Part shown: piece after piece, positions 18,891-28,862 of the stretch
Numbering within the stretch: the stretch's first letter is position 1
Layout: each line of letters opens with the position of its first letter
Assembly: GCA_963676795.2 (NCBI GenBank)
Contig: CAXXTB010000002.1
Coordinates: 352,001-416,000, forward strand
Length of the DNA: 64,000 bases
Source: Geopsychrobacteraceae bacterium
Lineage (GTDB): Bacteria > Desulfobacterota > Desulfuromonadia > Desulfuromonadales > Geopsychrobacteraceae
Direction of reading: 5' to 3'
Made by a program: the position numbers and the translations under genes
The notes under the pieces: generated by a model
What the model saw: the letters and a program-made list of their open reading frames with translations, nothing else
The model's database searches: none
What the model was told of the DNA's origin: nothing

Positions 18891-20450
18891 ATGAAAGATT
18901 CAATTTTGGTAAGGCTTACGGGACGACAAGAACAGACACTGCTTGACGTCATTCGGCAAAATCAGGTTTACATACTGGCGCCCTGCAGTGGCGAGGGCGT
19001 CTGCGGGAAGTGTCGTGTCAGGGTGTCGGCAGGTGCCGACACCCTGCATTCGCCGACCCATGAAGAAAAGCAGTTCCTCTCTGCTGCGGATCTTCAGTCG
19101 GGTGTCAGGCTTGCCTGCTTTGCCAGGTTCGGGACCGATGGTTCTGTGACTCTGGCAGAGACTGAAGAAATCTTCTCTGTCCCTTCATTCGATTTCGAGA
19201 TACCTGACTACACCTTCACTAATACAGAGCAGCCTCTTGTCGCTGCGATCGATATTGGAACAACTACCATAGCTGTCGCTCTGTTTGACCGTGCTCAGAA
19301 GTCGTTGTTGAAAGTCATATCTTCAACAAACGTTCTGAGAAGCTTCGGTGCGGATGTCTTAAGCCGTATCAAGTATATCGACAGCGATTTGACACGCATG
19401 AAAAACCTCCAGGAGCTGTTGGTTCATCAGCTGCAGCAATTAATAGAAACCTTGGCAGTAGAGGCCGGGCATCGGCTTGATGAGCTCGAAAAAATTTGCG
19501 TTTGCGCTAACACAACAATGCTCCATTTTTTGACCGGAGAAAATCCTGCCGGTTTGGGGTGTTTTCCTTTTAGACCCGTCTTTCTGGATGCCCGCTCCTA
19601 TTTGCCAGACCAACTAGGGTTTTCATTGCCGCAGGACTGTAAGATCGACCTGTTGCCCGGGATATCTGCTTTTGTTGGGGCTGATATCGTGGCGGGAGTT
19701 CTTGCGACTAATATGCAACAGTCTCAGGCTCCCGAATTGCTGATTGATGTCGGGACAAACGGCGAAATGGTTTTGTCTGCCAACGGCGTTCTCTATTCGA
19801 CCTCCACCGCTGCTGGTCCGGCATTTGAAGGTGGCCATATCGAATGCGGCTGCCCCGGCATTCCTGGTGCAGTCAATCAGGTGAGTTGGGACGGGTCCGA
19901 ATTCGCTTACCACACGATCGATGAAAAACGTCCAATTGGTTTTTGTGGAACCGGTCTGATTGACTGCCTGGCCGCACTGTTAAAAGCTGAAGTTATCGAT
20001 GAAACAGGTTCGCTTGACCTTGAAGACGGTTCGAGTGATTTCTTCCTGGATAAAGACAGTGCTGTCTACCTGACTCAGAAGGATATCCGCCAGTTGCAAC
20101 TGGCCAAGGGGGCCATGGCAGCCGGCATTCAGGTGCTGTGCAACAATGCGGGCATTGAACCTGAAACGATAAGCAGGGTCTATCTGGCTGGTGGTTTTGG
20201 TTCTTTCCTGAAGGCGGATTCCGCTTGTGCTATTGGGCTTTTCCCTGCTTCTTTGATCGATCGCACTCTGTCTATTGGCAATTCGGCTCTTAAGGGAGCA
20301 TTGCATTACGCACTGGTTGAAAGCAATTCATCAGTCGCTGTTCAGATTGTTGCACAGTCACATTCGGTTGATCTGTCTTCGGATCCCGATTTTCAAGATG
20401 AATATGTTGAACAGATGCTGTTCCCAGAGGGTGATTATGTCCTATCTTGA
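18891..20450 (+). CDS. ATP-dependent reductive activator of corrinoid proteins (RACE, ASKHA fold, 2Fe-2S)
   Basis: CSGEGVCGKC...RLAC ferredoxin domain; IDIGTTT, FGADVLSRI, IDVGTNGE, AAGPAFEG, ICGTG-like FCGTG, LAGGFG. Confidence 0.9.
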   Translation: MKDSILVRLTGRQEQTLLDVIRQNQVYILAPCSGEGVCGKCRVRVSAGADTLHSPTHEEKQFLSAADLQSGVRLACFARFGTDGSVTLAETEEIFSVPSFDFEIPDYTFTNTEQPLVAAIDIGTTTIAVALFDRAQKSLLKVISSTNVLRSFGADVLSRIKYIDSDLTRMKNLQELLVHQLQQLIETLAVEAGHRLDELEKICVCANTTMLHFLTGENPAGLGCFPFRPVFLDARSYLPDQLGFSLPQDCKIDLLPGISAFVGADIVAGVLATNMQQSQAPELLIDVGTNGEMVLSANGVLYSTSTAAGPAFEGGHIECGCPGIPGAVNQVSWDGSEFAYHTIDEKRPIGFCGTGLIDCLAALLKAEVIDETGSLDLEDGSSDFFLDKDSAVYLTQKDIRQLQLAKGAMAAGIQVLCNNAGIEPETISRVYLAGGFGSFLKADSACAIGLFPASLIDRTLSIGNSALKGALHYALVESNSSVAVQIVAQSHSVDLSSDPDFQDEYVEQMLFPEGDYVLS

Positions 20451-21201
20451 TCAATCTGACGTTATTCCTCGTTATAAATTCATCTGCTGTGAAATCTTAT
20501 TTCGTGAAGCATGTCAAGTTATGGCGACATGTGAGTCGATCATTGACCCTGTTTTTCTGCCTAAAGCATTGCACGACGTTGGCGCTGAATCCATGTCGTC
20601 AAGAATTCAACGTTGCATTGATGATGTCGAAGTTGACAGGTACGATGCGATTCTTCTTGGCTACGGCCTCTGTAATAATGGGGTCGAGGGTTTAAAGGCC
20701 AACATCCCTTTGGTTATTCCCCGGGTTCATGATTGTATTGGACTTCTTATGGGGGCTTGTGAAGCTTACCTTGAATATTTCCAGTGCAATCCCGGTACTT
20801 TTTTCAAATCCCCGGGGTGGGTTGAAAGAGATATAGATCCGAACAGTCACTCTCAAAGCATTACATCAAAGCTTGGAATGGACTATGACATCGATAAGCT
20901 CACACAGCTTTACGGTGAGGAAAACGCTGATTTTCTGAAAGAAACTCTCGGTGACTGGCTGACAAATTATCAAAAAATCACCTACATCGATACGGGCACA
21001 GGAAATGCCGAAAAATTAATCGGACTCTCAAAGGAAAGAGCCGTATCTCAGAAATTAGATTTTGAAGTCGTTAAGGGGAGCCTCTCCCTGATTGACAAAC
21101 TCTTTTCTGGACAATGGCAGGCTGACGAGTTTTTAGTTTTACCCCCTGACCAGCCTATTGAAGTCTCCCATGATGAAAAAATTTTCTGTAACCGCTGGTA
21201 A
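20437..21201 (+). CDS. DUF1638-family protein (corrinoid methyltransferase-associated)
   Basis: ATG 20437 after GAGGG; ICCEIL, ALHD, ILLGYGLCNNG, IPRVHDCIGLLMG. Confidence 0.8.
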   Translation: MSYLDQSDVIPRYKFICCEILFREACQVMATCESIIDPVFLPKALHDVGAESMSSRIQRCIDDVEVDRYDAILLGYGLCNNGVEGLKANIPLVIPRVHDCIGLLMGACEAYLEYFQCNPGTFFKSPGWVERDIDPNSHSQSITSKLGMDYDIDKLTQLYGEENADFLKETLGDWLTNYQKITYIDTGTGNAEKLIGLSKERAVSQKLDFEVVKGSLSLIDKLFSGQWQADEFLVLPPDQPIEVSHDEKIFCNRW

Positions 21202-21396
21202 GTCAGTCTATGCAACAAAAACAGGTGTATACCCCGACAATGGCTAGTTCCGTACCTGTGATCGCTAAATAATTGTGTGATTCTCATAGATTGTTTCAAT
21301 CTCTGTAGCTCCAGATTGACCCGATAATTGGCACCCCTGTTATGCTCTTTTGTCGGGGAGATTTGGCTATGTAGTAAATTGCTGCTGTCGCTCAGA

Positions 21397-21427
21397 CCGT
21401 TGAGGTTTGCTGCGTCAGCGGTTTTTT
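21397..21427 (+). terminator. Probable intrinsic terminator
   Basis: CCGTTGA...TCAGCGG stem (one G-U pair) followed by T6. Confidence 0.5.
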
Positions 21428-21581
21428 ATCGGATGATCCATAACTACGAAGCATATTAGTCATTACTATTATGAATTGGCGCCAATAGTTGAAAATGTAT
21501 ATGTTTTACGGATTCGATATATGATCGACCAGTAACTGTAGCGCCTGACAATATCATGCAACATTTTTTGGGGGAGGGACT

Positions 21582-22640
21582 GTGATGGGTCTTCGTTGGG
21601 AAAGGTTATGTGTTTCGATGGTTGCTGTTTGCCTTTGTCTGGTTCTGTATACGAACCAGGCTTCAGCCGAACCATTGAGATTGGTCTTTATGAATTACTT
21701 TGATTCCGAAAATCCACATACAAAAGTTATGCAAGCATGGATAAACGACCTGGAAAAACGCTTTTCCGGTAGAATCAAAATTAATTTTTCACATGAATCA
21801 AAAGTCATTAGTGCTCCGCAGACCTATAGTGCAGTAAGGCACGGCTATGTTGATATCGGTATTACTGCGCTGCAGTATACAAGGAGTCTGTTTCCGGTTA
21901 TGGAAGTTGTTTCACTCCCTCTTGGATTTTCAGACAGTGGCATAAATACAGCAGTTGTCAATGAGGTTTATGACAAGTTCAAGCCTGCGGAATTTGATCA
22001 GGTTAAAGTACTTTACTTCATGCCGTCTGGACCTGCGTATTTTCACACTAAAGGGTATTCTGTTCAATCTTTTGACGATTTAAAAGGTCGACATATCCAT
22101 TCGAACGGGGCTTTTGATAAGAGCTTGTCTGCATTTGGAGTTACCCATGTCTCTATTCCCATGACTCGGCTCCCCGGCGCTCTTGAAAAAGGAACCATTA
22201 CAGGCGGGCAATGGGATTTTTCTGCCAGTTATAACTGGCACCTTGCTCAGTATGTTGATTACGATATTGTCTGTGACGAAATAGCCAGCTCGGCAGGTCT
22301 GTTTGTCTTTATGAACAAGCAGGCATGGGAAGAGCTGGATCCGGATATTCGAAACTACATTGAGCAAAAAAGACCGATGTGGGCGGCGAACCACGGTAGG
22401 GCATGGGCTGCAGGCGATGCCCGCGGGCTGGCTTACAGTCAATCCCAGGGGAATACGATCATCAAGGTGACACCTGAGGAGGGGGCGAAGTGGCGTTCTG
22501 CACTGCAGGGTGCGATTGATGACTACATTTTGAAAACGGAGAGCCTCGGTCTGCCTGGGCGCGATGTCGTCAACTTCGTTGAAAAGAGACTTGGTGAAGC
22601 GAAAAAAGGTGATTTTGTAAGTGAGTACATTTTGAATTAG
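21582..22640 (+). CDS. TRAP transporter solute-binding protein (DctP family), orphan
   Basis: Signal peptide ending ASA-E; SGRIKI, YSAVRHGYVDIG, FPVMEVVSLP, DDLKG, FVFMNKQAWEEL. No dctQ/dctM adjacent. Confidence 0.82.
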   Translation: MMGLRWERLCVSMVAVCLCLVLYTNQASAEPLRLVFMNYFDSENPHTKVMQAWINDLEKRFSGRIKINFSHESKVISAPQTYSAVRHGYVDIGITALQYTRSLFPVMEVVSLPLGFSDSGINTAVVNEVYDKFKPAEFDQVKVLYFMPSGPAYFHTKGYSVQSFDDLKGRHIHSNGAFDKSLSAFGVTHVSIPMTRLPGALEKGTITGGQWDFSASYNWHLAQYVDYDIVCDEIASSAGLFVFMNKQAWEELDPDIRNYIEQKRPMWAANHGRAWAAGDARGLAYSQSQGNTIIKVTPEEGAKWRSALQGAIDDYILKTESLGLPGRDVVNFVEKRLGEAKKGDFVSEYILN

Positions 22641-22672
22641 TCGATCATCAGTTCCTACTGGTGGGCAACCCG

Positions 22673-22710
22673 GTGCGTCAGCCTTATTGTGGCTGGCGCA
22701 TTATTTTTTT
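22673..22710 (+). terminator. Intrinsic terminator
   Basis: GTGCGTCAGCC / GGCTGGCGCAT stem followed by a T-rich tail. Confidence 0.7.
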
Positions 22711-22816
22711 GAGATTGAGATCATAATGCTTTTCTGTTTTTTGGCAGGCGAAAAGCCGTCCCGTAAAAAACGACAGAACTGAAAGAACACAAAAGTATAG
22801 AAGGTAGGGAAACAAC

Positions 22817-24022
22817 ATGTCGATTGGAAAAATCGCAGCAGCACTTGAAGACATTCGTCAGGGAAAAATGGTTATCTTGGTTGACGATGAAGACAGGGAA
22901 AATGAAGGCGATCTTGTTGCTGCAGCTGAGTTGGTAACAGCGGAAACCATCAATTTTATGGCGACACATGGCCGAGGGCTGATCTGTTTGTCGCTCACGG
23001 AAGAGCGAGCTGATGAGTTAGAACTTCCCCTGATGAGCAGTGAGAATACCTCATCTTTTGGAACTGCATTTACCGTATCAATTGAAGCACGGCAGGGAGT
23101 CACGACAGGCATTTCTGCTTTTGACCGAGCTCATACCATTCGTGTGGCAGTTGATGATAGTTCGACCGCCCGTGATCTTGCCCGGCCCGGCCACATCTTC
23201 CCGCTACGGGCAAAAAGGGGGGGCGTCATGGCCAGAACCGGGCAGACTGAAGGCTCGGTGGATCTTGCCAGGTTGGCCGGGTTGAAGCCTGCCGGGGTTA
23301 TTTGTGAGATCATGAATGATGACGGGTTGATGGCCAGAATGCCGCAGCTTGAAATATTTGCGGCGAAGCATGACTTGAAAATTATCAGCGTTGCAGAACT
23401 CATCGCCTACAGGATGCGCAATGAGCAATTCATTGCGCGGGCCGCAGCAACAACCCTGCCGACAGCATATGGAGGCGACTTCAAGGTTGTTGCTTATGAA
23501 AATACTCTTGATGATGCGCAGCATCTTGCGCTGATCAAGGGGACGCTGGATCTGTCCCGGCCAGTTCTGGTCCGTGTGCATTCCGAATGTCTGACCGGTG
23601 ATGTCTTTGCGTCTCAGCGCTGCGATTGTGGTGAGCAACTTCAGGCAGCAATGGCTCTGATGGCCCAGGAAGGAGCAGGTGTTCTTATTTATCTGCGTCA
23701 GGAGGGGCGTGGTATCGGTCTGGTCAATAAGCTCAAGGCCTATGCCTTGCAGGATCAGGGTTATGACACCGTTGAGGCAAACCATGCCCTGGGTTTTGTC
23801 GCTGATCTGCGTGATTACGGCGTCGGAGCACAGATTCTAGCCGAAATCGGTATCAAGCAGATACGTTTGCTAACAAATAACCCGAAAAAAATCGTTGGAT
23901 TGGAAGGCTATGGGCTAGAGGTTGTTGAACGGATTCCCATCGAAATTACTCCTCAGAGTCACAACATAAAATACCTCAAGACAAAACGGGATAAGATCGG
24001 TCATTTCTTGCGTGGTTTATAG
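22817..24022 (+). CDS. ribBA: Bifunctional DHBP synthase / GTP cyclohydrolase II
   Basis: [60 protein letters not shown]. Confidence 0.96.
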   Translation: MSIGKIAAALEDIRQGKMVILVDDEDRENEGDLVAAAELVTAETINFMATHGRGLICLSLTEERADELELPLMSSENTSSFGTAFTVSIEARQGVTTGISAFDRAHTIRVAVDDSSTARDLARPGHIFPLRAKRGGVMARTGQTEGSVDLARLAGLKPAGVICEIMNDDGLMARMPQLEIFAAKHDLKIISVAELIAYRMRNEQFIARAAATTLPTAYGGDFKVVAYENTLDDAQHLALIKGTLDLSRPVLVRVHSECLTGDVFASQRCDCGEQLQAAMALMAQEGAGVLIYLRQEGRGIGLVNKLKAYALQDQGYDTVEANHALGFVADLRDYGVGAQILAEIGIKQIRLLTNNPKKIVGLEGYGLEVVERIPIEITPQSHNIKYLKTKRDKIGHFLRGL

Positions 24023-24180
24023 CTGTGGAGATTTTTCATGGTCCTCTCGCCGACTCCCTTGAGCTATTACAAATTGTCATGATTCCATAAGAAAAAGGCA
24101 TTAGCCCCATTTTTCTTAAAATGTTAGTTTTTGCTAATCGAAAATTGTGTTGTTTGCTCGGTCAGAAAAGTGGGGAAAAT

Positions 24181-26304
24181 ATGAACAAGTTGTCACTGCG
24201 TATTCAGATACTTTTACCGGTTATCGTTTTAGTTGTCGTCGGCATGATAGCTGTCATCTTTACGGCAATGCGAACAACATCTGGACTCATTGAAAAAAAT
24301 ATCATCGAACACCTGGAAGAAACCACGCAAGGCATTGCGACTCAGATTGGGAACTGGGTTGTCGATATGAAAATTGATTTGCGGGTGTTCAGTGATTCAA
24401 GGGTTTTCTCCGATATCCTTGCTTATCAGAATGCCAGTAATGGAGCCTATGTTCAAAGAGCCAACTCGGCTCTCGCTGAGTACGTTGAACGCTATGATTA
24501 TTACGATGAGATTGTTCTGTTTGATAAAGAGGGGCTCTCGGTTGCGGCATCTGTTCCAGCCATAATCGGTAAAATCAACATCAAGGAAGACCCTTCCTTC
24601 CAGAAAAACTTGCAAGGGGAACAGACCATCAAGCGTGTCATGAAAAGCGTGTCGACTGGCAGGCCGATTTTCATCATTGCCTCCCCGGTGATGGTGAACG
24701 GCAAGGTTGCAGGAAGTCTTGCTGCTGCAGTGTCATTGAGCCGTTTTTCTGAAGAATCTATTTCAACGATCAAGGTCGGCCAGCAAGGCTATGTTTATCT
24801 GACCGATAGTAACGGTCTTGTGATCGCACACAAATTTCCTGAGCATATCCTGAAGACCAATATCAGGAATTTTGATTGGGGCAATAAGGTTCTTGAGAAG
24901 AAGCAGGGCATTATTAACTACCATACCAATGGTGATGACAAACTTACAGTTTACCGTACCGAGCCAATTACCGGTTGGTTTATCGGTGCAGAAGCCTTAA
25001 CAAAAGATCTCTTCGGTCCGCTGCGAAAGATGCAGATTAAAACCGATATTATTGCACTGATCGTTGTCATCATCATGATTCTTGTTATCGTTTGGACGAT
25101 CAGGCCTGTCATAGCTGCGCTTGTAAGAGGCGTAGACTTCGCCAGGGAGATTCAGGGCGGCGATCTAACCAACCGCCTTTGCTTCAATCGTGGTGATGAA
25201 ATTGGTCGACTTGGCGAGGCTCTCGATTCGATGGCCGACAGCTTGCAGCAGCGTGCAGAGTTGGCAGTAGCAATTGCCGCCGGAGATCTGACTCAGGATG
25301 TCGTCTTGAACTCAGAGAAAGATGTTCTTGGTCGGGGACTGAAAACAATGAGTGAGCGCCTTAACGAGATTCTCGAACAGATCAAACTGGCCAGCGAGCA
25401 GATCGACGCAGGTTCTAATCAGGTTTCCGATTCGGCCCAGGATCTTTCTCAGGGGGCGACCCAGCAGGCCTCAGCCATCGAGGAGATCGGTGCAAGTCTG
25501 AACGAACTTTCAGGTCAAACCAGGGGCAATGCCGAAAATGCTGCCACAGCCAATCAGTTGGCAGCCGCAGCCAGGACCGCGGCCCATGATGGCAGCAGCC
25601 AGATGCAGCAGATGGTTGCCGCAATGCGGGAAATCAACGAGTCGGGTCAGAATATCGGCAAGATCATCAAGACCATAGACGAGATTGCCTTTCAGACCAA
25701 CCTGTTGGCCTTGAATGCTGCCGTTGAGGCCGCTAGAGCAGGGCAACACGGCAAGGGCTTTGCCGTTGTCGCTGAAGAGGTGCGCAACCTGGCAGCGAGA
25801 AGCGCCAAAGCAGCTCAGGAAACCGCGGATCTGATCGAAGGTAGTATTGCCAAGGGCGTAAATGGAACCAATATCGCCAATGGTACTGCAACTGCCTTGG
25901 AAGAGATCGTCAGTGCTATCGGCAAGACTTCCGATCTGATTGCCGAGATCGCAGTATCATCACAGGAACAGGCCGATGGTTTGGCGCAGGTGAATAATGG
26001 TATCGGCCAGATCGACCAGGTCACTCAGCGCAATACCGCCGGTGCTGAGGAGAGCGCTGCGGCAGCTGAACAACTGTCCAGTCAATCATCTTATCTGCGT
26101 CAATTAATTGGTCAGTTCAAGCTCAAAGACCAGCGGCAGTATGGGGAGACGTCAATGGCCGGTCTGGAGATTTTGCAGACTGGCTCGATTTCAGTGAAAA
26201 ATCCTCGGTCAGAATTCGGGACTGATGTCGGCAATTGGGGACAGATTCCAGTTAAGCCTAGACCGGTTATCGCACTCAATGATGGCGAATTCGGTAGATA
26301 CTGA
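24181..26304 (+). CDS. Methyl-accepting chemotaxis protein (dCache sensor, HAMP)
   Basis: Two TMs, GYVYLTD...VIAH Cache motif, [48 protein letters not shown]-terminal EFGRY pentapeptide. Confidence 0.95.
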   Translation: MNKLSLRIQILLPVIVLVVVGMIAVIFTAMRTTSGLIEKNIIEHLEETTQGIATQIGNWVVDMKIDLRVFSDSRVFSDILAYQNASNGAYVQRANSALAEYVERYDYYDEIVLFDKEGLSVAASVPAIIGKINIKEDPSFQKNLQGEQTIKRVMKSVSTGRPIFIIASPVMVNGKVAGSLAAAVSLSRFSEESISTIKVGQQGYVYLTDSNGLVIAHKFPEHILKTNIRNFDWGNKVLEKKQGIINYHTNGDDKLTVYRTEPITGWFIGAEALTKDLFGPLRKMQIKTDIIALIVVIIMILVIVWTIRPVIAALVRGVDFAREIQGGDLTNRLCFNRGDEIGRLGEALDSMADSLQQRAELAVAIAAGDLTQDVVLNSEKDVLGRGLKTMSERLNEILEQIKLASEQIDAGSNQVSDSAQDLSQGATQQASAIEEIGASLNELSGQTRGNAENAATANQLAAAARTAAHDGSSQMQQMVAAMREINESGQNIGKIIKTIDEIAFQTNLLALNAAVEAARAGQHGKGFAVVAEEVRNLAARSAKAAQETADLIEGSIAKGVNGTNIANGTATALEEIVSAIGKTSDLIAEIAVSSQEQADGLAQVNNGIGQIDQVTQRNTAGAEESAAAAEQLSSQSSYLRQLIGQFKLKDQRQYGETSMAGLEILQTGSISVKNPRSEFGTDVGNWGQIPVKPRPVIALNDGEFGRY

Positions 26305-26319
26305 AATTTGCCAGTCGTA

Positions 26320-26351
26320 TTCCGGGGCTTCTCCCCCATGGAGCTCCGGAA
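26320..26351. terminator. Hairpin between convergent MCP and sigma54 activator genes
   Basis: TTCCGGGGCTTC...GGAGCTCCGGAA imperfect inverted repeat. Confidence 0.45.
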
Positions 26352-26417
26352 TATCGACAATGTCATTTGCAAACGACTGACTGATGGTTTCAGGGTTGGT
26401 GATGGCCATTAATTTAG

Positions 26418-27947
26418 TCAAACGGTTCGGCCGAACTTGATCCCCAGCTTACGCATTCTTGCCCGCAGTGTGCTTGGATTGATTTCGAGGATTTCAGCAG
26501 CACCTTCCGGGCCGTGAATTTTGCCACCAGTGCTTTCCAGAACCGAGATAATATGCGTAGCTATGACCCTGTCGAGACTTGTCGGCAACTCCTCGTCTGC
26601 AGACGTTGGGTCCTTGATTCTGGTGTTTTTCTTTTGAGGGAATAATGAGGCAAAGGTCAATGGCCCATCCTGCCGAAGGATCAGTTCTCTCTCCACCAGG
26701 TTCTCCAATTCCCGGACATTTCCGGGCCAGTCATAGTTTCTGAGCCTCTCCAGGGCGCCGGGCGCAATTTCAGGCTCGGGGGCAATCCCCAGTTCACGGC
26801 TTTTGGAAATGACAAAGTGTTTTGCCAGGGCCGGAATATCCTCTTTGCGTTGTCGTAATGGCGGGACCATGATCGGAAAGACATTGAGCCTGAACCATAG
26901 GTCTTCCCGAAAGCTTTTGTCCGCTACCATGCTTTCCAGGTTGCGGTGTGTCGCTGCAATGACCCTGACATCGACGGCAACGGGCTTCTCTCCTCCGACA
27001 CGCTCAATTTCACGGTTTTGTAATACCCGCAGCAGTCGCACCTGGGCCTGTAGTGGTAATTCGCCTATCTCGTCAAGGAAAATGGTTCCCCCATTCGCCC
27101 TTTCAAAGCGACCGCGTTTAGCATTGACAGCGCCTGTAAAAGCCCCTTTTTCATGACCGAACAATTCGCTGTCAATGAGGTTCTCGGGGATGGCACCACA
27201 GTTTACCTTGATAAATGGACCGTCCTTGCGTTTGGATGCGAAATGAATAGCGTTGGCTATGACTTCCTTGCCGGTTCCTGTCTCTCCCAATAGTAACAAC
27301 GTGCTGGAGCGCAGAGCGACTTGCTGGACCATGTTCATAACGTTGCTCAAGCCTGAGTTGCCGCCGACGACATTATTCTCCACATGCGGCAACAGTTCAC
27401 GGCTCAGAAAGCGATTGTCATCAATAAGCATTTCTCTGAGCTTAACCTCTGATTCGTGTGCCAGAGCATTATTCAGGGCAATGGCGAAAGGTTCGGCAAC
27501 TGTGGCAAGCAAGTCGATATGTTCGGCAGTATATTTGTCATCACCACGAGCGCGGAATACCAGGAATCCAATGAGGTTGTCTTCGATGCGCAAGGGGAGC
27601 GTCAGGTCGCTGTATCCATGCAGTTTGATGAGCGAGGCAAAAATACGAATGGGTTCGTCCTGAATTGACGAGGTGGTCAGTGTGAAAGGGTGTCTTAACC
27701 CCTTCATCCATTCCCAGATCCCCTCAGGAAGCGGGAGGATTTCTTCCGGTTTTACATTTTTGACTGTAGCAAAGGCGATAAGTCGGGTCGCACCGAGATT
27801 TTTGTCCAGAATGTGCAGCGACATATAATCAAGTGGGAAAAACTTGCGCATGTATTCAAACGCTCTGCCAAAAGCAGTGTTGAGCTCGAGACTGCTGCAA
27901 ATTCTCAGGGTCGCTTCACGGAAAAATTCATCTTTATTTATACGCAT
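26418..27947 (-). CDS. Sigma54-dependent activator (GAF-AAA+-Fis HTH)
   Basis: GETGTGKE, ELFGHEKGAFTGA, FLDEIGE, WPGNVREL, HTH GAAEILEINPSTLRARM. ATG 27947 preferred over 28073. Confidence 0.93.
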   Translation of the reverse strand: MRINKDEFFREATLRICSSLELNTAFGRAFEYMRKFFPLDYMSLHILDKNLGATRLIAFATVKNVKPEEILPLPEGIWEWMKGLRHPFTLTTSSIQDEPIRIFASLIKLHGYSDLTLPLRIEDNLIGFLVFRARGDDKYTAEHIDLLATVAEPFAIALNNALAHESEVKLREMLIDDNRFLSRELLPHVENNVVGGNSGLSNVMNMVQQVALRSSTLLLLGETGTGKEVIANAIHFASKRKDGPFIKVNCGAIPENLIDSELFGHEKGAFTGAVNAKRGRFERANGGTIFLDEIGELPLQAQVRLLRVLQNREIERVGGEKPVAVDVRVIAATHRNLESMVADKSFREDLWFRLNVFPIMVPPLRQRKEDIPALAKHFVISKSRELGIAPEPEIAPGALERLRNYDWPGNVRELENLVERELILRQDGPLTFASLFPQKKNTRIKDPTSADEELPTSLDRVIATHIISVLESTGGKIHGPEGAAEILEINPSTLRARMRKLGIKFGRTV

Positions 27948-27987
27948 AATTTCTGATTTGAGTCGCTGTTTGAGAATAGGGGGCCAC

Positions 27988-28049
27988 CATATTTGACAAT
28001 CCATGACCGGCTTGCCAAGTATGATAATTTTAGTTGTCATATTTGACAA
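27988..28049. promoter_or_regulatory. Putative upstream activator sequences
   Basis: CATATTTGACAA repeated at 27988 and 28038; the second copy lies within palindrome TTGTCA-N4-TGACAA (28034-28049). Confidence 0.6.
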
Positions 28050-28101
28050 GAACGATTTCCTTAAGGAACGCAAGTGCCTATTTTGTATGGTTTCTTGGTT
28101 T

Positions 28102-28117
28102 TGGCATGGTGGTTGCT
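28102..28117 (+). promoter_or_regulatory. Sigma54 (-24/-12) promoter
   Basis: TGGCATG-GTGG-TTGCT, with GG-N10-GC spacing, 92 bp before the 28209 ATG. Confidence 0.8.
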
Positions 28118-28208
28118 TTATAAATAACTATCACTTCGAATCTCTGTCTGGAAGAGATTCAGAACCTTGCCTTGATTGCAAGTAACGTAAAACTTATGGA
28201 GTAGATTC

Positions 28209-28676
28209 ATGAACGCAAAAACACTAACCCTGGCATTAATCTTCGTTGGAACACTGCTTGCCGGTTCGGCCATGGCAGACGAATGGCCGATCGGTCCAAT
28301 TTATCTTGATTCAAATTCAGCGACAATGACAATGGCTCCACGAGTCATTATCCATCCCGAAATTGTCGGCAGCTATCGCGCTTATATTGGACTGAATGAT
28401 CTCTACTTTGCCGCTGACGATACCCTGGCTCAAAAACCTGTACAGGTTGAGATTGACAGTTATCAGATTGCCTTAATGCAGAAGGTATTCGTTGAACAAG
28501 GATACCGTAATCCTATTAACGGAGTCCTTGATGGTAAAACACGATCCGCAATTTACGATTTTCAGGTTGAGCATGGCCTCACCAAGACCGGGTACCCGAC
28601 TCTTGAAACTTTGCAGGCCGTATCTGTCAACAACATTACCTCGGGTTACCTGCACTTGTTGACTGTCTCTGAATAG
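28209..28676 (+). CDS. Secreted protein with peptidoglycan-binding (PG_binding_1-like) domain
   Basis: Signal peptide ending AMA-D; MQKVFVEQGY...INGVLDGKTRSAIYDFQVEHGLTKTG; RBS GGAG. Confidence 0.75.
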   Translation: MNAKTLTLALIFVGTLLAGSAMADEWPIGPIYLDSNSATMTMAPRVIIHPEIVGSYRAYIGLNDLYFAADDTLAQKPVQVEIDSYQIALMQKVFVEQGYRNPINGVLDGKTRSAIYDFQVEHGLTKTGYPTLETLQAVSVNNITSGYLHLLTVSE

Positions 28677-28781
28677 TTTATGTAGGTTGATTCGTATTGG
28701 TTGAGCGGACCTTCCCGCTGTGAGCAGATAAGAACAGAATGTGTTAAATATTACCTCCTCGATATCATCTGTTCTAACCTC

Positions 28782-28810
28782 AAAAGGCCGGATATCCTCC
28801 GGCCTTTTTT
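28782..28810. terminator. Bidirectional intrinsic terminator
   Basis: AAAAGGCCGGA / TCCGGCCTTTT plus T-tract, between convergent genes. Confidence 0.8.
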
Positions 28811-28862
28811 ATTATATATGACCAGCTATTGAGACGTGCTCATGATAGTTGGTCGGTTTTAT

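Noticed and set aside
22641..22816. FMN riboswitch upstream of ribBA
   Set aside because: Only a short resemblance (TTCCTACTGGTGG). The conserved AGGGC...GTGAAATTCC and AGTCTGGATG blocks are absent, and the hairpin is explained as the dctP terminator.
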